DNA of 63,930 bases, the filler included, from Blastocystis sp. subtype 4 (lineage: Eukaryota), in assembly GCF_000743755.1 (NCBI RefSeq). It is 3 parts of 3 records of this genome, joined end to end, with 100 filler letters (N's around TTAATTAATTAA, not from the genome) between each part and the next. Parts side by side here need not be neighbours in the genome. Positions count along the whole stretch, not along the records: positions 24,687 to 49,013 come from NW_014569387.1; positions 49,114 to 63,930 come from NW_014569286.1; 1 more part is not named here. One strand, written 5' to 3'. A program made the translations under genes and the position numbers. The notes below the pieces were generated by a model. That model saw nothing but the letters and a program-made list of their open reading frames with translations, was not told the origin of the DNA and did not search any database. Below, in pieces: positions 40,396 to 52,593 of the stretch; position 1 is the stretch's first letter, and every line of letters starts with the position of its first letter.

Positions 40396-42172
40396 TCATA
40401 CAATCTTAAGACTACCACTCTGAATTTCCATATGCTTTCCATTGACTGTAAAAGTACCAGAAAGACGTAACTTCAAAGGTTTACTATCCGTAAGAAGGAA
40501 CTATCAATCAATTAACATATTCAAAACACCTACAACAAGTTGTTGTGTTGCTGGAGTCGCCGGTTCGATAATAGTTGACGATAATGGATATGTTTTCACT
40601 ACAATATATTTAGGTGTAGAATACTAGGTCACATACAATTCATATTCATACGTTCAAAACAAAATCGGAAATTGGATTTCCAGAAACAGCATAAAATCTA
40701 CATAAAATATTGGTTAAATTTGGATTGTCAAATCTATGGATCATTTCATCACAACAATTCTACTTCTTCAAAACCATTGTAATTCGAATTCCTTCATTAG
40801 CAAACAGTTCAATCTCTCCTTCTTTGGAATCTCTATCAATCATTCTTTCATTCCATTCAAACAAAGATATTAACTCCAAATCAGAAGGAATCGTGGCTGT
40901 TTCTGGAGTGACAATTGGCATTTCGCGTTTCGCACTTCTTGTACTTCCTACTCATTAACTTCTCCACGTTATTTCCACTTATTGCCTTTCTCGTTCGCTT
41001 AATCGATACTTCTTCTTCATCTCCTCCAATTACCACCTCTTTTTGTGCCTTTTCCATAAATCGGGTCTAATTTTGCCTACCTTCGTATTTACCACTTGTC
41101 CCTTTGGAGTCGAACACACCACACACTGCTTAGCAGACGCAGGATTCGAGAAGGTACAGGCAGGACACACCCACTGGTTCTCAGGCCTGTTTATCGTTAC
41201 CGTAGCACTGGGTAAAGAGTTGGAAGAGTGTGTAAGAGACTTGGCTTGTTCCATTTCTCGCTGTCGACGAGCTGCCAGAGCCTCAGGGTTGAATTGAGGA
41301 GGCCTATAAATGAATCTAGTAACTCAGGGCCACAGTTTTCGTTCAAATATTGTAGTATTCTAATTGTGAGGTAATTTGGAATTCCATTTACACGTTGTCG
41401 ATACCACAAGCAAGCTATGATGGCATTGCTTGCTACGAGAACGATAATGAGGAACACATATGACTTATCTGGAATTTCACATTTGATTCCATCATAACCA
41501 TCATCACAGAGACAAGAACCATATTTGGTACAGTGACCATGGTTATTACAATGTATCTCATCTATACACTCCTCAGTACATGAATCCCCATAATAACCAA
41601 CAACACAATCACAACTATTCTGACTACAATGATATTCCAATAATAGTGATACTCATTACAGATTCCATGATCATGACACATATTACTATTATCACATCGA
41701 GGTTCACATGTAGCTCCGAAGAAACCCTCATTACACTCACATCGACCATTTACACACTTTCCATTCACACAAGAATTCTCGTTGCATGCACCTACACAAT
41801 TAGAAATAATACTATTAATTACAGGTTTCTGGATCAAAAGTATCATTCACACATTGGCATTTTAACGATAATGGATCACAATCTCCATTTCCATTACACT
41901 CCAATACCTCATCGCCATCAATCAAGCCAGGACAAGAGCCGCCACAGTCCTCTCCATAATACCTACAAGTCAGATTAATACAAAACATCAAACCCATCTT
42001 TGCATATGCATATACCATTATCTAGATCTCCATTTTTACATGGAATAGTGCTTGAATCTTCCAAATGACGAAAGTTGAGAGTACAGTAGGATAATGCTAA
42101 TTCATGATTTCTAGTGGATTCTATCCTACACAAGATAAGCAAATAGATACACAATTTGGATGATCGATGCAT
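40396..42172 (-). CDS. Predicted type-I membrane protein: signal peptide, EGF-like repeats, TM, RanBP2/NZF zinc finger, gamma-adaptin-ear (GAE) domain
   Basis: Hand-spliced through ~30-nt GT-AG introns: MHRSSKLCIYLLILSLSYC; C..NG.C..C.C..GF.G..C repeats; YVFLIIVLVASNAIIACLWYRQR; WVCPACTFSNPASAKQCVVCSTPK; LFANEGIRITM...ISDFVLNYSTPKYIVVKTYPLSSTII...TQQLVV...KPLKLRLSGTFTVNG. Confidence 0.72.
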
Positions 42173-42380
42173 TTTTGTGATTCCCTTCGTTGATAAAATC
42201 GGGACTATTTCTTGCATTCCATGAACAGTGGATACACATTCAAAGCCTGAGATGGAAATGGATGGTATTGCTATGCTAGAGGGAAGGTGTGAAATCGGTT
42301 CAGAAGGTTGCCTCATCGATTTGAACTGATTGGTAGATGTCCTCCAGCAAAAACCAGGAGATAAGCAATCCATTCAGACC

Positions 42381-43462
42381 ATGCAGAATGTTCAACAGAT
42401 GAGGAACGAACAGACAAAGATCCTTCAATCCTTCAATACCCCCAGGTATAGTATTTTGGTATTTGAATAGATTTATGGTCTTTATCGTAGGAGTTTGGTG
42501 CACAGTCTATGTTATTTTATGAGTCTGTAGCCAATAAGATTCGGCAGTGGACTTCTGCCGATGTAATCGTTCATTCCTTAAGTGAAGTGAGTGTTGTTTA
42601 TGTGGATTTCATATAGGTGTTTTCTTTTTTCTCGAACTTGACTTCTTCTTCTAAATATACTCCTCCAAAAGGTTTGAGATAGGATTTAACATTGATTATA
42701 GAAGATACCAAAGAGATCGACAAGATTCAACAGCAATTAGAGAGAGTGATAGTTGATTTGTGAGTATTATCTAATATCTAGCAGCAAATGCAAGCAGTTC
42801 AAGAAGAGAATCGAAAGAAGTCTGAAGAACTGGAGTCTATTCGGTCATGTATGCTACAAAATCACACTAAACCTGTTCCACCTCCATTTCCAGCAGAGCT
42901 GGATCGATACTCGAGACGTGCCGAACAAACTCCAGAAAATGGAGTTCAAACCATTTCTTCTCCTATCATTCATCCTCGGTTACCTTCTCCTCCTTTATCC
43001 CCTCATTCTTCAGAGAGTCCTTTGCGATCTCCCAGATCACATCCTCTATATTCAATGGCTCCATCATCACCATCTCCTCCTTCTCCAATATATTCTAAAC
43101 CATCCAGTAACCATCCTTCAATTGAAATAAACCAATCTCCTTCTCCTACATTCACTGTACACTCTCCAACTAAAGCACGTAGCGTTCCTTCGCTTCCTCC
43201 ACCGAAACCCGCTTCTCTTCTGCAGGAGATTCGGGATCCTTCCAATCATGTGAAATTGCGAAAGGTGCCTAAGTGAGAATGGAAGGCTGGATTTACTTGT
43301 AGAAATCCAGACGGAACTCCAATTCGACGCACCCAGGAGCGAGTACAACGAGAACCGTCGTTTAATGAAGAGATGCTTGAGAAGATGAGAGAGAGAATCA
43401 AAATGATGGAGGATAGCGAGCCAGAAGAAGACGTGAATTGGCGTGAAAGTGACATTTTCTAA
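42381..43462 (+). CDS. WASP/WASH/SCAR-family actin nucleation-promoting factor (Pro-rich, WH2, central, acidic)
   Basis: Pro/Ser-rich region, SLLQEIR...VKLRKV (WH2), FNEEMLEKMRERIK (central), EDSEPEEDVNW (acidic with Trp). Confidence 0.7.
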
Positions 43463-43476
43463 CAAACATGTTTATT
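43461..43476. terminator. Interlocked bidirectional poly(A) signal AACAAACA-TGTTTATT
   Basis: Near-palindrome between two convergent TAA stops (43460-43462 on +, 43474-43472 on -). Confidence 0.8.
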
Positions 43477-44224
43477 GCGAAGTCACCGGATAATGCTTCC
43501 CCTTTAAATGACGCCACCAATACATGCCCATGATAATAGCGGCAGACTTTTCTTGTTCGTAATCTGCAAGAAAACGATCCATTTCACTTAGAGGAAGACG
43601 CACCTCAGTAATTTGTTCTCCCTCTTCTTTTACTCCACCTCCATTAAACTTCTTCTGTTCTGGAACTATCTCTGTATAGTACATATACATTCGAGCTCCT
43701 GACATTCCCACAGCACCAGGAGCTATAGATTAATAAGAATAAGCTCACCTACTTCGACCAATAAATTCTAGTTGATCCAAAGAAACTTGGTATCCCAATT
43801 CCTCTCGAATCTCATCGACAATCGCCTGCTCCTTGGATCGATTTGGTCTGTCCAGCAAACCAGCACATAGCTCATAACTATACGATGACAAAAATCCTAT
43901 CCACGTACCAGTATCCCATATTAGGATTCTTCACAGTTTTCTTCGAGAGCTCACTTGCACCAAACAAGAGAGCGGGCCTAAACTGCTTCACAAGCACGAA
44001 CTCCAGGTTCATTCTATAAGTGAAAACTACGACGAACACATACTTGTCAAAGATAAGGGCAGTAACAGAATCTTTACTCTATGCATTCACGTAGAAATGA
44101 AATGGGATACTTCTATGTAATCCCACGATCTCTTCATTCCATTCTGTACAAACTGAACATTTCGAAGTTTTAGAAAGCGAGAACTTGCTGCAGCAGCATC
44201 TGAAACCACTTTCAGACTCTTCAT
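43472..44224 (-). CDS. Nudix hydrolase, NUDT14/NudK-like sugar-nucleotide pyrophosphatase
   Basis: RSWD...DSVTAL, VLVKQFRPAL, YELCAGLLD, EIREELGY (Nudix box), GGGVKEEGEQI. Confidence 0.85.
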
Positions 44225-44296
44225 TCTCTTTCTATGTGGAGTCAGGGGATCCCCAATTCTCCATTCTGTGATTTCTAATCAATCGGTCATTTCAGT

Positions 44297-47200
44297 ATGG
44301 AGATCCTTCATGGAGATACTCTAACGCTTTCTGTTGATAGACCAGGAGTTGAGAGCGAGATTTGCTTGTGGAATGGCAGACTCTCTATTTTTGTTTATGA
44401 AACAAACCGTCTCTCTGTCTATGATGCTATGAACGGATCCTTGATATGTAAAAGGATAGCAAGAGAATCAATCGTCAAAGCGATTTATTGTACCTTTATC
44501 AATTATGGAACGTGTATTGCTGCATTACTGCGTGATAGTTGTATGATTTGGTGTGAAGATGGAACTGCGTATTCAGTGGCTTTTCCTTGTCGTATGCAAA
44601 GAATCTATCCCATGACAAATGGATTGCTATTTGAACGGACTGAAGATCCGTTATCAATGAATACATCGTTTACTCTATTGAATACGTTACGTTCCTTTCC
44701 AAACTACTTTTCATTAACTTCACCTCTGATGCTCCCGAAGCCAATCCTCCAAATCAATCCTGGAATGAGTTTGGATAGTATATCAAATCAATCCATTCTT
44801 GATCTCTCCCGACTCCTCAATACTTCTCAAGTTGATACTTTCACTAGTCGGATGGAGGAAGTCGATTCCGGGAGCGATTCCTTTCTTGTTTCCTCTCTTT
44901 CTCAATGGAATGCAATTGTTGTCTACAACAGAATTCAGAAATCTCACACTATTTTGAAACTGCTTCCTCTAAGAGATTCCGAGATTTCTTTGCTTCCAGA
45001 ACCAGAACTTTTGGAGTTTGCTATGAAGGATACGACTCTCTCTGATAGTTATATTCAAACGTTGAACTATCCGGACTTAGTAATGATTCCTCTCTTCTCT
45101 CTTCCTGATTGTGACGACTCTTTTGATCACATTTCTATCTTACAAGATGAGTCAACTGTTTATGTATACTGTTGTGGTCAGAATCAAATCACTTGCTATT
45201 CTCTTCCTGTTCACTCTCTGAATACAAATGTTGGAATGGAGGAAGTGGATCTGCATCGTATTGCTACTTTTCCTGGAACCTTCGTGTGTGAAATTGGTTC
45301 AATTTCATCTATTCCATCATGGTCCTTTCTTGCTCGATGCATTCTCATCAATACAAATGGATCTCTTCAGATTCTATTCAATGGTTCTCCTATCCAAATA
45401 CCTGTTCATCTTCCAAAGGAAGGAATCTCTCAGAATCGACCCTTTTTCTGTCAATCTAATACTCTTGTCACCTATTCATCTGAGACATATCAGTTGAATC
45501 ATTCATTTCTCATTCATTCCATCTCTACTCCAATTCTTGCATACTACACTTTGTATCCTCATTCGATCTCACTTTCACTTCCTTCTTCTTTCACTCCTGT
45601 ATCTATTCGACCTCTCTTGCTGAATCTTGATGATGCCTGGATTCGAAATGACACAAATACTCTCAAATTCTTGCTCCAATCCATTTCAAATCCTCTACTT
45701 TCATCAATCTACTCACCCACTACCACACTTACAGTATGTAAGTCATTTTGACATCATTTCTAGATGCAATGGGCACAGCTTCTGTTGCAAGACTGGTCGG
45801 ATCTCCTCTGGAATGGTTGGAAACCTTTACCATTCCGGTTGTGGTGTCTAACAGAAGGTACTAATTGATAAATACAGTGACTCTTAGGTGATCCAGAGAG
45901 AGAATGGACGAAGGAGTATGAGAGAGCGCAACTCCTATTCCCTGCAACATGGTTTGTGATTGAATCGTTCTGTTCTTCACCTTCATCTTTATCCCTTCCT
46001 CTATCGTCTCCATTACTCTCTCTTCTGCAGCCACTTCCTCCTCTAGTCTCTTCACTCACTTCTTCACTGACTGATATATCTACCGTTTCTCCTCTCGTAT
46101 CAGAGGCCCATCGACTTCTCTCGTTGCATTTACTTCCAATCCTTATTCCTAGCAATACTCCCATCAATCTTCACATCACGAATGGTAATACTTCTATCAA
46201 TATTCCTCTCACTATTCACACCTACATTCAGTCCCAACTCCTTTCGATTCAAGGTCATTCTCTTCTTTCTCTAAGTTCTCCTTCGTTGAATGAACACTTC
46301 ATTCAAACTCTTCATGATTCTGTTTCTTCTCTTTGTCTATCAGGACGCAAAAATGATGAAAGTCTCTCTCTTTATCTTTTCTAATCATTAGGTGATCTCC
46401 TGGATTGTGAGTTTTCACGTCGCGTTCTCTACTGGGCACGAGTTCACACTCTGATTCAATCATTGGTGAAATCAACTCCTAATCAAATCTCTCTTTCTGA
46501 TATCAATTATGCAACTGAAGGAAAGAATGAAGAAGATGTGATAGGAATATGCCTTGCATCTGGTTATTTGAAATTGTTTCAAAAGATTAGTTTTGATTTA
46601 ATGAAATTGAAATTATCATACTGTCAGTTAACACAATGGCAAACTCAGTCACAACATATAAACACTCAAATAGAAATAAACTATCGAATTGAAGCAGCAG
46701 TAGTCATAATTGTTATTCAATAATTGATAGTATATTTGGAGTATGAGTTGTTCGTATCAAGGAACTAATCATCCTCAACTATTACGATTAGTTCAATTCT
46801 ATATCACTAATGGATTTGAATTACTCAAACAAGTGAATACAAGGAATCCTTCTGTTGCTATTAGTCTTCTCAATTATGCATGGAATCATAGAGATCGACA
46901 AGCCATTCTTGATATGCTCTTTGCTGCTATTCTAGGAGTGGGTGTTATAGCTCAGGTAGGTTTAGTTTGCTCATATCCCATAGGCTTCTCAAGATCTATC
47001 TCTTCTTCAATTGTTAGGTCAGCTGTTAAATCGATCTGTTGAGTATCTCTCAATGAACATCATCCGCCTTGGAATTCTCACTGCTACATCTATGGGACTC
47101 ATTCTCGCTTCAACTGAAGCTTCAACAAGTGATGCTCTAACTCAATTCATATTCACGCAACTTACAACTCTGGATCATATCCTCCAAGCCACTTCTCCTT

Positions 47201-48803
47201 TACCTCCACCTTCACTCTTATATTCACCAGGAGTGAAGGTACATTCTCATCTCTTCCTTTATAAGTAGTGTCCTGTCGAGAGGATTCCCGGAGTTCTTCT
47301 AGCTCAGGGGTACTTGGCTTTCACTCTTAATCACACTCTCAATCCTTCTCAATCTCCTCTGCTTCGAAGTGAATGGTTTCAAGATCTGAGTCCCTCAGCT
47401 CTTCACTCAATCATTCGTACTCAACGGAATGATGTTCTCTTCTATTGTGGAGTGTGTCTAGGATTGACTTGTTATCATCAAGTACTTCATTCTCGATTCT
47501 TTCATTCTTAGCTTACACCAACTCTTTCTTTCATTCTTACACTTCTTCCTCCTCGGATTATTGAGTGTATTCTAACCTATTCATTACCCATGCGTCCTGA
47601 AGAACCTCAAGCAGAAGAAGAAGTCTTTCATTGGATGTTATTAGTGAGTGGAATAATGTACGTATCTTCAATCAAGTATTGTGAATCTGATCGTCAATAT
47701 TGTGAAGAACAAGTCCAGAAAGGGATTGATATTGTATTGAACTCCCAACGACTCACTACAGAATCGTCTCTTGTTGTATATCTAACAGCCTTTCTCTATT
47801 CTTTTCTTCATTCATCAAGACAATCCATTTTGAGTTCCTTCCTCTATTCATTCTCATTCGTAGTTCTCTTTCCACGTATTCTTCTCATTTCATTCATTCA
47901 TTCTCTTGCTCTCCTTACCTCCTCCTCTCTCAATCAATCCTGTTTCATTCTCTTTCGATCTCTTTTCCTCTTCTTCACCAAATCCAAACTCAATTCACCT
48001 CCTTCTACTTCTATTGATGATCTCATTGCCTCTCTTGCTACTGCTCTGGGTCTTCTCACACTTGCTGAAGGAACAGCCTCTTTCATCATCACTCCTTCAT
48101 CACTCCCTCTTCTCTTGCTGGTATTTCTTCCATTCTATCCTTCTCAACTAGGAGAAGAAGCAGTTCTCCCTGAAGTAGGCATTCTTAAGATCTCTGATAT
48201 AGCTCTTCCGACAGTGTTTCAGATTGTGTCCACTTCGTCATTCTCTCATCACTATTCATAGATCCTTGGGTCTTATTCATGGTGTTGAAGTTAAACTCCA
48301 TTTCGAGGATGGTCATGAGATTACTGTTATTACTCCAGCTATCATTGAATCGATTTCTCGACTTGACAGAATCGACTTGATTTCGAAGGAATATGAGTTT
48401 GATGATGATGTTAACCAAGTCAAAGCCAATTCAATTATTCATATTCGATCGAAACTTTTCAATCCTCCTGTTAGTATTTCAACAGAAGAAGAACGAGTTC
48501 ATACTCTGTTCAGAGAGTTAGATTTGAATGAGTTGTGGAGTGAGTTGTGGGAAGAGTCTCTTGAACTCACTCCAACCCAGTTTATTCTGGAAGAACAAGT
48601 TGATTCGTGTGTGAAAGATCGTGATGAAGATGGTCTTCGACTGACGAGTTATATTTTGAAGGAATTCTTGAAGAAGCCCAAAGGGATTGTGGCATCACAG
48701 TTAGATCTGGTATTGCACCACTTTCTTCATTGTCCTGATTCTCCCTCATTACCACCCAAACCAGTTTTACGTCATTTATTAGCTCTAAACAAACAGTTGA
48801 AGT
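44297..48803 (+). CDS. ANAPC1: Anaphase-promoting complex subunit 1-like (divergent); 3' end at 48803 (poly(A)-made stop) or 48859
   Basis: N-terminal VKAIYCTF...CIAAL...YSVAFP...IYPMTNGLLFER...FSLTSPL matches the APC1 N-terminal domain. Later exons have degenerate PC-repeat-like Gly/hydrophobic helices and LLVFLPFYP. Confidence 0.65.
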
Positions 48804-49013
48804 ATCCTGTTTCTTTCCTAAATCAGTTTCACAATCATCCTGTTTCTTCTGTATCATAGATTCCAGTTGTTGCCACATCATCATCACTCTTCGTCTCTTT
48901 TCTTCCCTCACACCCTTTGCCCATCCTTCAAGATCAGGAAGACACTTCACATCCTTTCATTCAATTCCACACACACAGTCCTACACAAGCAATTGGCTCC
49001 TCCTTCCACCAGG
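48800..49013 (-). CDS. 3' fragment of a minus-strand gene (possibly the MON2 C-terminus) abutting the contig linker
   Basis: Open frame ...DLEGWAKGVREEKRRRVMMMWQQLE...QDT ends at a codon-position-1 T (48800) located 4 nt before minus-strand TGTTTGTT (48795-48788). Confidence 0.45.
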
Positions 49014-49113
49014 NNNNNNNNNNNNNNNNNNNNNNNNNNNNNNNNNNNNNNNNNNNNTTAATTAATTAANNNNNNNNNNNNNNNNNNNNNNNNNNNNNNN
49101 NNNNNNNNNNNNN
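49014..49113. other. Artificial contig linker N44-TTAATTAATTAA-N44
   Basis: Same 100-nt six-frame-stop spacer as at 24587. Confidence 0.97.
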
Positions 49114-50915
49114 ACACTACAGATAGAGACTCAATTGCTGCTAGATTCTTATAACTGAAAACAGTCTCAGCAGAACGTTTCTTGGCTTCCTGTGCAGGAA
49201 TCTCAGGAAGAGCCAACTGACAGACTGTGAATACATTACGAAGCTGATCTGATGTGAGATCCAGAGCTCCATACAATGGTAACAATGCTGCCTGTGCCAG
49301 AAGTACATGACGGAAGACATCTTCTCCACAGGAGGTCTGAAGAAGTTCCTGATATGTGGCTGAGAGTGGTAGCAAACAAGCTAGAATCAATCACATTCAT
49401 CACTCCTACTCGATACAAAGGATTGAAGAACAGTGAGAACATCACCATTCTGACCCAATGGCTGTTTCAAACTCTCCACACATCCTTCACTCACATGTTC
49501 CACACACATCAAACACAGAAGGAATCCTCCCTCATTCCCACAAACTGATTCCTCTCTCACACTCATATTCTCCTTCTCCTCCCCCATCACTGCTGCCAAC
49601 TCCTCTACAGAACACTTGCTGAAGCAGGCTTGAAGCAATGCACATACCTCCTTCACTACTTCTGTCACATTCTATCTCATCATACATCATTGGGATCCCC
49701 CACATTCGACCATGTACTCAAACAGGTTACGAAGAATTGCTTATCAGAAAACACACCACGCAAAAACTGCAGAAGAAGGCAACGAGTAGGATTCAACGAC
49801 TTCTTCTTCTTGAGCCAATGATGAATCTTCTCACTGATAGCATCCAGANNNNNNNNNNNGCAGTGAAACGAGTGAAGAGAATCTGAGTTGCAGTGAGTGT
49901 CACTGCAATCAACTCTGGATCAGTCTTTTCATCCTTCAGTAAGGCAACTGAAGCATTTACAAACTAGGAATAATACTTGTCTCCTTGTCTTACCAAATAG
50001 TTGAATAAGGAGGAGAACTCAATCCGATTCAACAACACATTTGCATCACTCTCCAAACACTTCAGTAACAATTCAGCACACATGAATGGAGACAGAGCTA
50101 CTGCCTGGAAGTCACCACCATTACTGATCCAGGCCGCATTCTGTTCTGTGAGACGAGCGATAAGATCCTGAAGAAGACTCCAGTACGCAACTGCATACGA
50201 GTTGTCACTCAAAGTCTTTGGAGCCTTCTCTCGGAATGAATCGTACACCTTACTGGTTGACTTCTTTACATTCTCTGTACTGTATACACTCACTTGTTTG
50301 TGAAGAGACGAACAGAACTGAATCACAACGAATCACAATGCTTACTTCATACAAACAGGATTGAGCTGATTCGAATATCGGTGACGAAGCCTCTTCTGAA
50401 CACAGAATCATTGCCAAATGACATAGAATACTCTGAAGTTTTCGTTCTGGAATGATGAACGAACAGTTTGCAATCATAATTGGGAAGATATTCAGAATAT
50501 GAATCCCCAATTCTGAAGAACTGTCTTCCGAATCAAGCTACATAATATATTGAAAGAATACCATACTCTGTCGTTCAGAATATCAACGATTGTAGACGCA
50601 GTTGCATCTGACACAAGGTTGTATGAAACGATGTTGTGTAAGCCACGAACAGCAATTTCGTGAGCCTTCTCAGACACTTTTTCGTTATTCAAACAATCAA
50701 TAAATGGAGTCACATAGTCTGTACTCCTCATCTTCTTCTACAAATGATTCTTTCCTATAATACATACAATATTCGAAGGATGCTTCTTTACCAAAACAAG
50801 GAGAGTCTCAATTCCACTCTCTGCGTCCTTCTTTATCTCAGGAGCTAACCAATTATCTCTTCACTTCAGCAGCAAGATCTCGTAAATCCGATTCAATAAT
50901 ACTTGAGAAACTCAT
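49114..50915 (-). CDS. MON2: MON2-like large Arf-GEF-related protein, N-terminal part (interrupted by gaps)
   Basis: MSFSSIIESDLRDLAAEVK..ERVE, DYVTPFIDCL, AVRGLHNIVSY and AYWSLLQDL resemble the DCB/HUS region of MON2. Confidence 0.65.
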
Positions 50916-51108
50916 GATCCCTTCTCTTACTTCAAATATGTCTACTGGGTAAGAAATACAAAAGCTATGGATACTAAAATACGAATGGGATCAATGAAAA
51001 GTGAGAAGATATAATAGATCTTGAGAAAATGAGTGAATTAGTAGAACCACGGGAATAAACGATAATGAAAGAAATCAACAGGAAGAGATGACATCTCCAA
51101 CAAACAGA

Positions 51109-52491
51109 TTACTGCCAATATGACTCCACATCAATCTCAAACGTTTCTAAATACTCCTCATATCGTTGCTGATACAAAGCCACAACATCGTGTATCGAAC
51201 TCTCATCGACAGGAGATTCTTCACGAAGACCATGAAAGAGAATCCACCGAACATCACTTTTCTTGATATATCGCATCCACCATACAAAATCCATCTTGGG
51301 TCGACGTTCACACAACAAAAGGAGATGCATGATATAGATCTGTTGATAGGGAATCTAGCAATAAATCAACTTTCATAGTAGTACAGAGAATGAATACTCA
51401 CAACACTTGAGTAAGTAACTCGAATACACAGAAGAATCAATAACATCATTTTCATAAAACCATTGAACCACAAAAACAGTATTAATGGAAGAAGGATCGA
51501 GATTCACAAATCGCTAAGAGTCACTTCAAAAATTCACTATCACTTCAAGAACTAGCGTCACTTCACTCTCCAAAACGTCGAGATCTGTGACTTCTTTCAC
51601 CTTTACAAATCGATAGAATGTAAGATAGATCTGATGGAGAAAGAAGGAGGAAGAATGAAGAGAGACCTGTTTCGCCAAAACCTGTAACACATCATCGATA
51701 TTCTAGGATCAAGGAGGCTCTATATCCTTACTACACGACAAAGAAGAAAAATTCGAAGATATTGGAGAAATGGAAGAGTACTTTGAGACACTTGAGTAAG
51801 AACATCAGAATAGAGTTTATAGTCTTCTTCAGAGATACTAAAATGCATTCATAGAAGAGGACATACTTATCGAGAGAAAGACGGTTAGAATACACATGAA
51901 CTAGGATCTTTAAAAGTTGAATATACAGGGTATCAACCTCTTTGTCTTGAGATCCAATAGAGTAGGACAGGACCATAGAAGAAGCGAGATCGAATTCCTG
52001 CTACAACTAAGCTACAGGATGAAAAAGTACGGAAAATAGGAGATAGCGAATAGCCAAGAAAAGAGTGGTGTTGATATGAGTAGTATCTGAAGCAATAGCT
52101 CGTCTGAAAAACCGAATGGTATCATTGATCTTAGAACCAAGTATAGCAAGTATAAATTGATAAATACTACAGCAATCATAATCACCTGTTATAGATCGTT
52201 TAGAAGAGTGTCTATAGTATAACAAAAGTGTTATAGACCAACAAGTGTTTTTTGCAATCTTCACATAAGTCATACTCGCCTGGTTCATACAATCCTAAGA
52301 GAATAACCCTTCTACATTTATCACAAATCTTATTGCATTCTGAACACTTCTACAAATTGTTTCAATCCGATAATCTGTACAGTAGAAGAGTATTTGATAA
52401 TGGCCTTGCTATTCTCCTCCATTATTGATACCATCGAGTCTGAATATGTAATATTAGGTGATAGCAACGAAAATCGGATGGCTTCAGCCAT
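51109..52491 (-). CDS. Hypothetical multi-exon protein
   Basis: Minus ORFs 52007-52288, 51731-51976 and 51109-51330 with intervening short introns; TGTTTGTT directly after the stop. Confidence 0.5.
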
Positions 52492-52593
52492 CTCAGCCAC
52501 CACTTGGTTCTTCAGTTTCAGTCGTTTTGGCTGTCAATAACAACTTCACTAATAGCATACCATAACAAACAAAAAGACTGAAACGCTAAAAGA

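Noticed and set aside
44068..44110. GTATCCC donor in the Nudix gene as a GT-AG U12 intron
   Set aside because: About 32 nt long with no CCTTAAC-like branch site, so it fits the major intron class
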